DNA of 39,002 nucleotides from Octopus bimaculoides (lineage: Eukaryota), in NCBI RefSeq assembly GCF_001194135.2, contig NC_068987.1, forward strand, positions 71,633,411 to 71,672,412. Direction: 5' to 3'. A program made the position numbers and the translations under genes. The notes below the pieces were generated by a model that was given only the letters and a program-made list of their open reading frames with translations, had not been told where the DNA came from and ran no database searches. Positions 1-11,106 of this stretch are shown one piece after another; within the stretch, counting starts at the first letter, position 1; each line of letters starts with the position of its first letter.

Positions 1-56
<56 letters not shown>

Positions 57-72
57 GTGCGTGTGTGTGTAT
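1..72. repeat. (TG)n/(TATG)n microsatellite
   Basis: Direct reading; a second (TG)n run at 369-410 follows the N-gap 359-368. Confidence 0.97.
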
Positions 73-368
73 GTATGTATGTATTTGTTGTCTTTGTATT
101 TGTTGCATTAATTTTGATGGTATTGTTATTGACGTTGTTGTCATTTTTATGGCAGTGGGAGTATAGACGTGCTGGTTGACGAGATATACCCAGTCAGCTC
201 GAGACCTTGTCACTGTGGACATTGCCAACGCCTCACTATTCAGTGATTTCATATAAATTATTCAAGACCTGATATTCTTGTGAGCTGTCACTTCTTTCAA
301 TGAGCAGCGATTACATATATTTCTGTTTTGATGCACGTGCGTATACGTCCCTGAATGTNNNNNNNNNN

Positions 369-411
<43 letters not shown>

Positions 412-818
412 TGGAAAAATGAAATAAAACTCCAATATAAAGATTTAGTTCTTACGTACGTTTCACCATTGTGTTAAGTGAAGCTCAGCATTGCATGTTC
501 CAAATTCATTTGGATTACTTAATTGCAATGGATCATCAAGGAAGTATTTTATTGCATTCTGCTACAGAAATATAATTTATTGATGTTTATCTTAATTTTC
601 CACTACAAGTGTTCTGTGTGTAATAACTAACATCACTACTACGAACAGTACTCGACAAACCATTGTACTGAAAGCTGACTGGAAAATAATAGTTTATGTG
701 GAGCTCTAACTCATACTCCATACTCATACATCTAACTGTACACACACGATGTGTGTGTATGTATATGTGTGTGTATGCATACACATGAACATACCTCTAT
801 AGAGAGACAGGGGGAGAG

Positions 819-819
819 G

Positions 820-884
<65 letters not shown>

Positions 885-953
885 GGATAGATAGATAGAT
901 GTGTGTTTTTGTGTGTATGTATGTATGTATGTGTAAATATATATATAGATAAA

Positions 954-984
<31 letters not shown>

Positions 985-1022
985 GTGTGTTAGTGTATAT
1001 ACGTGTGTGTGTGTGTGTGTGT
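819..1022. repeat. Compound microsatellite (GATA)n-(TACA)n-(TG)n
   Basis: Direct reading; explains the YLSI/MYVC ORFs at 724-982. Confidence 0.95.
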
Positions 1023-1189
1023 TTCTATACGTGGGTGTTTGTGCTGAGATCGTGATATCATCTTTATACGGATTATCAAAAGATTATATAATTTAATACA
1101 TATCCGATATTCATTGAGATATTTTTACATTTACAACCGAATGCTTGCAAGAGAGTGAACTCCGCTAATGACATATCTAAGCGCCAAAT

Positions 1190-1295
1190 AGAATAGTAGC
1201 CAAAGGATGAAAGGCAATGCTGACCTCCGTGGGATTTGAACTCAGCACGCACTACAAATACCGCCAAGTATTCTAGCCAAAACTTTAACAATTCT
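1190..1295 (-). mobile_element. SINE family A fragment (tRNA-derived, Octopus-type)
   Basis: AAAGGATGAAAGGCAATGCTGACCTCCGTGGGATTTGAACTCAG is the reverse complement of the core shared with copies at 4445 and 4746. Confidence 0.8.
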
Positions 1296-1353
1296 GCCAA
1301 TTTTCTGCTTTCAATTTAAATAATATAATTGACAATCCCCAAGTCTATATTTT

Positions 1354-1735
1354 AAGGATGGGCAAATGTGGAGAGATAAATACGCATGGCATGTATTCCT
1401 CGGCAGCATATATTTTCTGTTTCAGTAAAACAAGAGTATCGCTAACCTTGTATCACTAAGAACGTGGACAGAGAAAGCCAAGGCAACAGTTTCTCAAGTA
1501 AGCTATTTATGAGCCATTGATCACTATTCCATGCTACCGTTTACGATCTCTGAAAGCAACAAGGCGTCAACGAAGGAACCTCTACATTAGTCATGAGCAA
1601 ACTGCAGTCCGCAGGAATTTCTGAATGACACAACTAACGAAACGTTATCTTGGATTTTGTTTTAGTAGAACGGTTCTCTTGATGATAAGCCATGTCTCAT
1701 GCGGCCTGCTCCTCGAAAAATATTGCGCATGCCTG
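1354..1735 (-). mobile_element. hAT-like non-autonomous DNA transposon (putative)
   Basis: Ends AAGGATGGGCAA...TTGCGCATGCCTG are imperfect inverted repeats of the hAT/Charlie CAGG..G.GCAA type. Subterminal GGCCGCATGAGA is shared with 31452-31582. No TSD found. Confidence 0.45.
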
Positions 1736-1744
1736 CTCTACACA

Positions 1745-1905
1745 GTCGCTCAATCTACAGAAGATCGCGGCCAACTCCCTCCTTCAAATCGCATCTTTAC
1801 TGTCTTAAACAAAGGAAGAAATATACATCCAATGAGATGGTCATGACTGGAATATCTTTGCTCGTACGTTTTCTCAACAAAGGCTGACCTGGGGCTATGC
1901 AGCAA
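1745..1905. mobile_element. Unclassified interspersed repeat, family D
   Basis: GTCGCTCAA..CTTCAAATCGCATC..GGCTGACCTGGGGCTA; similar segments recur at about 12645, 18255, 25190, 34585 and 36165. Confidence 0.6.
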
Positions 1906-2337
1906 CAAAATATAAAATTGATCACAACAAAAATTTTAACACGAATTCTCCCGAATTTATTGATAGAATTTCGATCCTGTTTCCAAATATTGTTGGCTAT
2001 ATCTTGAAAATTGATTTTAAAATGTCGTTATATCTCATTATGGAGACGATATTTATATGTTATGTAATTAATGCAAATTCATTCATACAAAAAAAAACAA
2101 AGAAGAGAGAAAACAATCTAAAATACTTTATTTTAGACTGAATTAAACATCATTGTTGTTTATAAATATTTATGCGTGGGATTTTTACGTAACCCATGAT
2201 TTTTAAACGGTCACAATAATTTTGCTTTAAACCTGATTCAATCTCTGTTTGTAAGTTTGTTATCATTCCAACTATCATTTCACTATCATTATTATAATGT
2301 ATATTATTATCATCATTATCTACGTTATCATTATCGT

Positions 2338-2340
2338 GTC

Positions 2341-2399
<59 letters not shown>

Positions 2400-2467
2400 T
2401 CATCTTCTTCGCCATCATCATCTTCATCATCATTATCATCATCATTACCATCTTCATCATCATCATC

Positions 2468-2515
<48 letters not shown>

Positions 2516-2535
2516 TACGTCGTCATCATCATCAT
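2338..2535. repeat. (TAG)n followed by (CAT)n trinucleotide microsatellite
   Basis: Direct reading; source of the poly-S/poly-I/poly-M ORFs. Confidence 0.97.
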
Positions 2536-3379
2536 TATTATGTTAATTTTGACTCCAATCTCGAGGCAAAATAAAAACAAACTACCTCGGTTTTTTCTAG
2601 CCGCTCGAAGTTTCAAGACAGTGTTTTTTTTTTTAATTTATAGCTCGGTCGTTTTGTTGTGCATTGTTGGACATAATTGTAGAATGGCGAAAGCAATGTT
2701 TACATTACCGAATCGAGAATATATAATTATATTCAACATAGACTTATATACTTGAAGTATTATCTACGTAGGAAGTGTAGTAAATCGTCTGAAGAGACCT
2801 CAATTTAATAACAGTTAATAATAATATCTTTTATTAGGCACTAGGGCCCATGACATCAGACATATAACCATTGATATCGTACTTACTATAATTTTTCATT
2901 AATTACTATCATTAATATTATTCATAGTATTATTTATGTCATCATTATCATTGTTATTGTTTATTTTGTTTGTTTTTTTCATCCCCAAAACGCCTCTTCG
3001 AATTGCTCCTAAGTTTTGTATGTTTTAAGTATGTTTAAAAGTCTACTGTTAAACATTTTTCTATTTTGTTGTTAAACTGTCCAGGATCCTAAGGTGGTGG
3101 TAGCTACGATTTGTTTTGGCCCCGCGGGGCGGAATTTGTTAAATTTTCCACGAATTTAATAATTCCTTTTATGTAACTTAAAACAAAGATGGCTTCGCAA
3201 ATGGAGGATATGGACGGCTGTTGGAAGAGTGTATACAAAAGGAATTTTCCATAACTTTCTCTCTCTGTTCTTATTGTGAACTCAACATGTAGTTGTAACG
3301 CCATAACAGAAGCCAAAACAACACCACCACCGCCACCACTGCGGCATGGGGGAGTTACGGCAACAACTATTACACAAGG

Positions 3380-3570
3380 ATAACAATGATGATAACGGTT
3401 GTGGTGGTGATGGTGGTGGTGGTGGTGGTGGTGGTGGTGGTGGTGACAAGAGTGATAGTGATGGTGAGGATGACGTGTAAAACAACTATGACGATAATAG
3501 TGACAATGGTAATGATGATGAAGATGATGATAGTGATGATCAAAACGGCAACTGATTATGATTATGATAA
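3380..3570. repeat. (GGT)n/(GAT)n-rich low-complexity tract
   Basis: Direct reading. Confidence 0.9.
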
Positions 3571-4444
3571 CGCTGATATAGATGCATTTATCTGGCTAGG
3601 ACGGCAGTATCTTACAAATACCTTTACTTATCGCCCAGTTATGTATATCTGTTCACATACCTTGCAATAGAAGCCATACAATAAGAACATCAGTAGGAAA
3701 TTACAGAGAGCCATACAATATGTTATGTGGCATTTATTTTGTCGTATTTTTATTGCTGAGACTAGAAGAATGGGCAGTATGCATAGTCTTCGTACCCACA
3801 ACCCACCACTTTTAGGCCGGTAAGATTGGCAATGTTAATGTCCCCGTAACGGAGAGATTGATGCAGTTAACATTAATCTCCTTTTGCATTAACGTGCTCA
3901 AAATTGCCAATATCGATTATGCTTTTTTTATTTCTCTGGAATTGATAAAATAATAAATTAGTACAAGTCAAGAATATGAGTTAATTTAATCAACTATAAT
4001 CACACTTTAATATATGTGAGATCTTATCGTTTCTCGGTCTTTTACCTTAGATCAAAGAGTAATAAATAGGAATTCTAAATCTTGAATCTAGTTGAAGGTT
4101 TGTGTTAGCGAAGTAAGTCTAAAGATACAAGTTATGTTTAAAATAAGCAATAAACAAAGATGGAGTATAAGGTTTGTGGGAAAAGAAAACAAGCACCAAT
4201 GCATTTAAGATATGTAATCTAGCGTTAAAGTTATAAATCCATGCATATATTAATGTTCCTCTACGTCTTGATAGAGAAACCGTCAACACAGTCTTTCTAA
4301 TATCTTTCTCTCTATGTTTGATAAAATAAATTGAAATAAAAATACCAAAATAGGCACCGTCGCTATTGCGTATTTCACACTGTACTTGTTCCTCTAACGT
4401 TATCTAAACAACGACATCCCGTGTCAATATCTCAGTGTTGTTTA

Positions 4445-4660
4445 AAGCGGCGATCTGGCAGAATCGTTAGCACGCCGGACAAAATGCTTAGCGGCATTTC
4501 TTCCGACTTAGCGTTCTGAGTTCAAATTCCGCTGAGGTCGACTTTACCTTTCATCCTTTCGGGGTCGATAAATTAAGTATCGGATGAGCACTGAGGTCGA
4601 TATAATTGACTATCCCTAACCCTCAAAATTTCAGGCTTCGTGCCCAAAGTAGAAAGGAAT
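4445..4660 (+). mobile_element. SINE family A, near full length
   Basis: GCGGCGATCTGGCAGAATCGTTAGCACGCCGG head (A-box-like), GAGTTCAAATTCC B-box, GTCGACTTTACCTTTCATCCTTTCGGGGTCGATAAA core. Confidence 0.9.
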
Positions 4661-4745
4661 ATGTCTTTGTTTAGTTCCAAGTTATCTTATCGGACACACA
4701 TAAGATGAAAGGCCCTCTGGCCGCGACCATCCTGTCTTTGTCTTT

Positions 4746-4972
4746 TAAGGCGGCGAGCTGGCAGAAACGTTAGCACGCCGGGCGAAATGTTTAGCGGTAT
4801 TTCGTTCTGAGTTCAAATTCCGCCGAGGTCGATTTTGCCTTTCATCCTTTCAGGATCGATTAAATAAGTACCAGTTACGCACTAGGGCCGATATAATCGA
4901 TTTAATCCGTTTGTCTGTCCTTGTTTGTCCCCTCTGTATGTAGCCCCTTGTGGGCAGTAAAGAAATAAGAAT
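4746..4972 (+). mobile_element. SINE family A with variant 3' tail, ending at (TG)n
   Basis: Head and core closely match 4445-4660; different 3' part (TTTGTCTGTCCTTGTTTGTCCCC..). Confidence 0.9.
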
Positions 4973-4978
4973 CCTGTC

Positions 4979-5017
<39 letters not shown>

Positions 5018-5344
5018 TTACATCGTCCAGCATATCCTTTCTTTTTTAAATGACAAGGTGTCATTCGAGGGGTACTTAGATCTTATTTCCAATGAGTCGA
5101 ATAACCGCGTAGAAAATCCACATTAGCTCGACTGGTTATTTATATTCTTGTTATTTGAAATATGAAAGTCTATATTTATAGAGAGAAAATACTTTCAGAA
5201 TATTCAACAGTTCCATTGAAATGAACTACGTAACAATGAAATAAGGTTTACAAAATTTCAATGAATTTTATAGCTATTGGTCTATAATGCGAATCTAGGC
5301 TGATTTTCTATTGGTATTTTCTTCCAAACATTATAAGATACAGT

Positions 5345-5480
5345 AAAGTGGTCGAATGGTAGGGCGTTAGAGCGTTGGATATATTGCGTTGAGATATGTC
5401 TTCAGATTGTTTATATTCTGATTTCAAATCACTCCGACTTCAAATTTATCTTTCATTCTTCCGGAGTCAATAATATAAGG
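5345..5480 (+). mobile_element. SINE family A, strongly decayed
   Basis: GATTTCAAATCACTCCGACTTCAAATTTATCTTTCATTCTTCCGGAGTCAATAA aligns by eye to the core. Confidence 0.55.
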
Positions 5481-5559
5481 TATCATCCCAACATTCGTAC
5501 AGCCTTCTCTTTTCTTCTAACTTCCACGTCCTTGATATTCCACTGAATCAAACTAGTAG

Positions 5560-5771
5560 GGAAAAACCGGGAGGGTGTCACTGTTTGTACCCAACTACAT
5601 TGGGAAAATAAAACAACTTACTTAAAGCATGATGCATTCTACAAAGTCGTACACGATCGCGTGAATGGCGGCCTTAGTTATAAGATCAAGTATTATTCTC
5701 GCCAAATGCACTACTTCTTTCCTGTTGATCCAGCAAATATAGAAACAAACAACAACGTATTGATGAGAGAT
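5560..5771 (+). CDS. Candidate coding exon, unidentified product (alternative acceptors at 5628 or within 5720-5740)
   Basis: Stop-free frame 5547-5891 (115 codons); donor GAT|GTAAGT at 5771/5772. No recognisable homology; an ORF this long could arise by chance once in a window this size. Confidence 0.25.
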
Positions 5772-5840
5772 GTAAGTAGGCGACGTATAACGGTTATCTA
5801 TCTACTATCTATTCTGTCTCTCACATTGAGATATTACCAG

Positions 5841-5890
5841 CGGGAAGGAAATGAAATGGTTTCAACTAAGAACACCGTTGAACAACGATG
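5841..5890 (+). CDS. Candidate coding exon (REGNEMVSTKNTVEQR-W), phase-compatible with the 5560-5771 exon
   Basis: Acceptor TATTACCAG|, donor TG|GTAAGA; 69-nt intron. No homology recognised. Confidence 0.25.
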
Positions 5891-6711
5891 GTAAGAAATA
5901 ATAAGAAATAAGGACAAACGTGTTCTTTCTTTACATTTGTATCAAACAAAAGTATTTTTCTTCAATTATCTATATAAAAAAAAGTCTACAATGTCAAGCA
6001 TGGAGTAAAGGTTCGATATAAATAAAAGGTAGACCTCATTCTCGGTTAAGAATTCAAACTTCGAAGCTGTTTGCCCTCATTTCCCACAATAAACATTCTA
6101 TTAAGCAATGAAGAGGTTGACTAGGAACTGGAATAATTCTAGAATACAACAGATGTTGATTTCATCCAATTGAAGCAAAATCTAACCAATTTTAATGGAT
6201 TTTGCCTGTGAAAAACATTTAAATGTTGATAAATACGTCCAGCTTGGTATATGAAGGTGTCTCTGATTACACATTTGTATCACTTTCTTTCCTTTCTAAT
6301 TATGTTTATGCACAATTTACCTTTAACTTATATTCACCAATTGTACATGAGTACATGAGCTTTACCCATGATATATATTAATGGTATCGAAACATGTTGA
6401 TGTCGAAAAAGAAGCAAAAAATAGAGCAGAACATTTAACTAAACCCCATGTTTTACATTGAATAAATATTAATAACAGATGACAGGAGGAAATATCACTT
6501 TCGTAAATACGATTCAGAATACCAAACTTTAACTGGAATCAAAAGTTCAAACAATGCTTTATATGAAACAATAATAGCTTCATCATCGGAACGTAAAATG
6601 TAAACTGTTCTTCTACACAATGGGAAGAGGTAGATATGTCATGAGAGTGATAAAATAATACAAAATGAACGACAAGCAAACCTCTTAACCACCCAGCACG
6701 CTCGTAGCTGC

Positions 6712-6775
6712 ACACACACACACACACACACACATACATACATACATACATACATACATACATACATACACACAC
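6712..6775. repeat. (CA)n/(CATA)n microsatellite
   Basis: Direct reading; another (CA)n/(TATC)n tract at 7015-7075. Confidence 0.95.
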
Positions 6776-6945
6776 CCTGCGATGGGACTCCAAACAATGG
6801 TGAAACACACATAGGAACTTTAGTATAAACTTGTGTTTATCCTTATTTCTCCAACGTTTGCTCTGTATCTCATAACTAGTATTATTACTCAGTATACAAG
6901 TTGCTCAGACTAGTTTATTAGAATCCACGTAAACCTCTAACAAAA

Positions 6946-6983
6946 CTAACCCTAACCCTAACCCTAACCCTAACCCTAACCCT
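6946..6983. repeat. Interstitial telomere-type repeat (CCCTAA)~6
   Basis: CTAACCCTAACCCTAACCCTAACCCTAACCCTAACCCT read directly; reverse complement is TTAGGG. Confidence 0.92.
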
Positions 6984-7012
6984 CACAATCTACTTGTATA
7001 CATAATTTCTAC

Positions 7013-7052
<40 letters not shown>

Positions 7053-9234
7053 TCTATCTATATATCTATCTAGATATGATGAGCTTCTGCATAGTTTCCA
7101 TTTACCAAATTCCTCACACAGTTATTCAAATTATGCAGACTTCGTCAGTATTTTTTACTTTAAACAACTTTTGAATGTCTATCAGTGGTGGGACCTAGTT
7201 ACGAAGTGGAATAATTCTACAGCGCAACAGTTAGTGGTTTCAAACATAACAAGCAAGACCTCGCGAATTTGCATGAATTCCCTGTAAAATAACAGAAAAG
7301 TATTTAAGCACTTCCGATTTGTTGGACAAAAGACGTCTATGATCTCACCTCTATTCCATTTCATTTTTACTATACGTCTATATATTTATAGATGATTCTG
7401 TAAAAAAAAAAACTTGACAATTCACTAATTGTCCATAAGATTAATCAGTGAGATATAAGGTTATCAAAGCGCGTGTCAACAGATGATAGCGGAGAAAAAA
7501 AAAGCAAAGACAAGGACTATAAAATAGAATACTTAACTATTAACTAGAATATTTAATGTATGCTCAACATCGAAGGTTAATTCATATGATGGATAAAGGT
7601 TTAAAAACAAAAAGGCATTTTCCCAAATACTATACAGAATACTAATCTTTAACTGGATTCGAACTTTCACACTGTACTTTACATAAAACAATAAATAATT
7701 ACTGCTATCCTGAAAAGCAAAATATAAAAAATGCGTAAGCTATTCCATTAAGCAGTTGGAAGAGGACGATGATATGTCATGCGAAGGATACAAAATTGCT
7801 ATGATTTTTTTTTTCTTTACTTGTCTTCTTATTGTTTGTGTTTCGTTTATTTTATTTGTATTTTTTCAAAAAGAAAAAAGAAAGAAAGAAAAGGAAACAA
7901 AGCAAACTGTATTGAGTGTCCTTTCATAGTCGTCATCATCTCCTTCCAGCTCCAGTCAGGACACAAAATGTCCAATGCATGGTATTATGCATGGTGTTAC
8001 GCTCTATGAATCGATTACAGAACTGTAATTATGAACCGAATCTAAAACTAAAAACTACACAACAAATCACTAAAACAAAACTAAACGGATAATCTGCATC
8101 ACTCAGCTAATCACTATTGAGTATGTTTATTTTTTATTTATATTTATATTTTTTCTTAATACTTCTCTACATTTTAATATATTCTTTACCTGTTTTTCTT
8201 TTTTTTTTTAACCATATTAGGAGCATTCACACGTTCGCAAAATTACGCATGCACTGACACTTTTATTTTATTTTTTTTTATTTTTTATTATTTTCTTCCC
8301 TCTTTCATAGATTTATGCTTCGAACTAAACATCCTGTGGCTAGGGCTATTTATTCCCTTACGAATTTACTGCGTAATAGCTTCTACATGGATAATTCCTG
8401 GCCGTATAAAACCAAATATGAACAAGACTATCGATCAAACAGGATTTACACCCCTTCTTCGTCGTTTTTTCTTTGTTTCTTTGTTTGTTTTTTTGCTTTT
8501 GTAATGCCTTAACTCTTTACATTGAGAGCAGTTTTCCGAAGATACCTTAACGTATGAAGCCTGAGGAACAGAGGGTTTATAAATGTTATTATAATCAAAC
8601 TATTACGACTACGACTACTACTAATAATAATAACAACAAAAACAACCCTTTCTTTATTAGTCATAAGAGGCTACAGATACGAAACATCTCGTACAAATGT
8701 GTTACAAAAAGGTGTGGAACTATACACACATATACACGGCGTGGCGTGACCAAGCAATATAATACAATAAAGGCAGGTTAAACACTTGGTGCACAAAACA
8801 AATGCAAATGAGGGCAAACCACAAGCACTGAGCAGAGAAACTTCTCATAAGTAGGGTCACGCTACGGCAGAACGCTGAAAACCTTCGGCTCCGATTGTGT
8901 TTTACAATCTATTGGCCCCGTGCGTGCCCATGAGCATATTCAGCCTTAACTGATTCGTCAAGAACTTCAGGTATGCTGAAGGATCTTGATCCTTAAGCTG
9001 TCAATAAACCACTGATGAGATTTTGAACAATCCTTTTCATTTGGGTGTGACTGGTACTCCAATTTCATCTTCTCAATTAGTTGAATATGAGTTGTTTTTT
9101 TTTCCTTTTTACCATTTATCATCATATACATAAGGTTCTCATATACAAAAGCCCATCGTAACAAATCATGTGAGTGATGAATATGGGTGGAGGCGTGGGG
9201 GTGTTGGCCAGGAACGCGTGCGTGCGTGTTTGTT

Positions 9235-9498
9235 GGCACTCCGTCGCTTACGACGTCGAGGGTTCCAGTTGATCCGATCAACGGAACAGCCTGATCGTGA
9301 AATTAACGTGCAAGTGGCTGAGCACTCCACAGACACGTGTACCCTTAACGTAGTTCTTGGGGATATTCAGCGTGACACAGTGTAACAAGGCTGACCCTTT
9401 GAATTACAGATACAACAGAAACAGGAAGAAAGAGTGAGAGAAAGTTGTGGTGAAAGAGTACAGCAGGGTTCATCACCATCCCGTGCCGGAGCCTCGTG
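9235..9498 (-). mobile_element. SINE family C, 5'-truncated
   Basis: Reverse complement aligns to 32130-32325 (GGCTCCGGCA.GGGATGGTG.TGAACCCTGCTGTACTCTTTCACCACAAC...GGAACCCTCGACGTC). Confidence 0.9.
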
Positions 9499-9663
9499 TG
9501 TGTCATAAATAGTCGGCAAAATTGTTAATTATTAATTTTATTACTAATTGACGATTCCCTGCCCTGTATATCTCTATTTCTAGTAATACCTCTAAGGTGG
9601 ATAGCTAAACCGCAACAAGTCGTACGGGACTTTTTTCTATGCGGGACTATTTATGACACACAC
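9496..9663. mobile_element. MITE-like element with perfect 19-bp terminal inverted repeats
   Basis: GTGTGTGTCATAAATAGTC (9496-9514) vs GACTATTTATGACACACAC (9645-9663); no TSD recognised. Confidence 0.7.
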
Positions 9664-10090
9664 TGAATTAAATTCATTGGGGTGAGAGATTTTAAACTCA
9701 CTGGCCGATAAATTTCTTAATGTCTGCCTCACGTGGTCTTGATGTCGCATGGTCAAAATTAACGTGAGTTATTTAGACATTGGCAAATTTATTAGAATAT
9801 TTGGCTGAAGATCGGAATGAGGTAATTCATACCCTTAACCGTAAAACGTCGTACCAAATTAACTAAAGGCAGGTTTGTTTTTACTCTTCTCTTCTGTTTT
9901 TTGTTCTGTGTGTACCATAAATATCGCTATCAATTAGAGAAAAATTTGTAGTTTTGGAATCAGTAGTTCTTAGGCTGCTATTTCTGAATTCTCAGTATGT
10001 TGGAGAAGCAGGATACTGCTAATCCCTATATATTTATGATTATAAATGGTTTTACCGATAAGGTTTTTTCATACTGAGCTACCCGGCACG

Positions 10091-10147
10091 ATTGTTAATT
10101 ATTAATTTTATTACTAATTGACGATTCCCTGCGCTGTATATCTATAT
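10091..10147 (+). repeat. 57-bp direct repeat of 9521-9577
   Basis: ATTGTTAATTATTAATTTTATTACTAATTGACGATTCCCTGC[C/G]CTGTATATCTCTAT; 1 mismatch. Confidence 0.95.
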
Positions 10148-10559
10148 ATATATATATATATATGCATTTATATTCATATGCATATGTATATACATACTAT
10201 AGTTAAGCTCCAGGTTCGGTGATTATGTGAATGAGCTTAACTATAGTCTGTCCATAGCACTTACTCAGAATTACCTGACACTTTTGGATCTTATTGACAC
10301 CATTACCTCTCATAACCTCTATGTATATACATATATATATGCTCTGGCATGCCGCAATCAAATGGCTGAAACGTATAAAAGAATATATATTAGCCATGCA
10401 TATATATTTCATTTATTCTCATCCAACATCATTTTCTTATCCACTTTATTGTTCCTCCCTATCTTTTTACTGCTGAAGAAATCACATGTGAAACGTCAAA
10501 ACTCTTTTCATTCCTTTTAAGCGTTAAACTAATACATTTGCTAAATCTTGATTCTCCCA

Positions 10560-10760
10560 GTGTTTGTTGGAACAAGCAACTGGAACATAGAATGACAGAT
10601 GTCCACTGCCTAGAACTTGATCGTGTAAATGAGAAATCGCGTCGAAAATGGCGAGCTTTGGTAGACAGAAAAAGTATTATTCTCCTGCGTGACAATGCAC
10701 AACTACACTCTTCAAAATAATCACAGGAAAAAATATGATTTTTAGTATGAGAAGTTCTTG
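10560..10760 (+). mobile_element. Mariner (Tc1/mariner DD34D-type) transposase pseudogene fragment
   Basis: MTDVHCLELDRVNEKSRRKWRALVDRKSIILLRDNAQLHSSK*SQEKI*FLV*EVL matches the mariner catalytic stretch (YC.QLDR...RKRP.L.NRK.VILLHDNARPH...EKI..LGWEVL); in-frame stops. Confidence 0.9.
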
Positions 10761-10977
10761 TATGTATGTATGCATGTATGTATGTATGTATGTATGTATG
10801 TATGTATGCATGTATGTATAGTTTACTGTTCCGTTAAGTTAAGATCAACAAAAAAGTATTCCATCCAGTAAGAGATAAATATTTAATGTACACTGTATAG
10901 AGATACGACCTACCAATAGTTTCTTGCTGTGAAGATGCACATCTAGGCAGGTGTATGTGTGTGTGTGGTTTGTGTGT

Positions 10978-11034
<57 letters not shown>

Positions 11035-11050
11035 TGTGTATGTGTGTGTC
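10760..11050. repeat. (TATG)n at 10760-10820 and (TG)n at 10953-11050
   Basis: Direct reading. Confidence 0.9.
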
Positions 11051-11106
11051 TGCAGTGTATGGTTTAAATCATTACTAGACAGTTATGAATTAAACCATAC
11101 AGTGCA
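11051..11106. other. 56-nt inverted repeat (22-bp arms, 2 mismatches); pre-miRNA-like or MITE remnant
   Basis: TGCAGTGTATGGTTTAAATCAT vs ATGAATTAAACCATACAGTGCA. The structure is directly visible; function is unknown. Confidence 0.6.

Noticed and set aside
1801-1888. Minus-strand exon-like segment reading RYSSHDHLIGCIFLPL (C2-domain-like)
   Set aside because: Lies entirely within a family D repeat copy.
2297-2755. Poly-I/poly-S ORF and similar homopolymeric or dipeptide ORFs across the window
   Set aside because: Translations of microsatellites.
3119-3130. Perfect GC palindrome GCCCCGCGGGGC
   Set aside because: 12 bp only; no supporting context.
7930-8512. Strong plus-strand acceptors at 7930 and 8311 followed by open frames
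   Set aside because: Several frames are open, no homology is recognised, and poly-pyrimidine+AG is common in this composition.
8900-8997. Minus frame LKDQDPSAYLKFLTNQLRLNMLMGTHGANRL* (terminal exon or Tc1 remnant?)
   Set aside because: Only vague similarity; flanking Tc1 motifs (QDGAP, WP..SPDLNPIE) are absent and there is no independent exon support.
9170-9385. 71-aa ORF MSDEYGW..
   Set aside because: Mostly antisense reading of a family C SINE.
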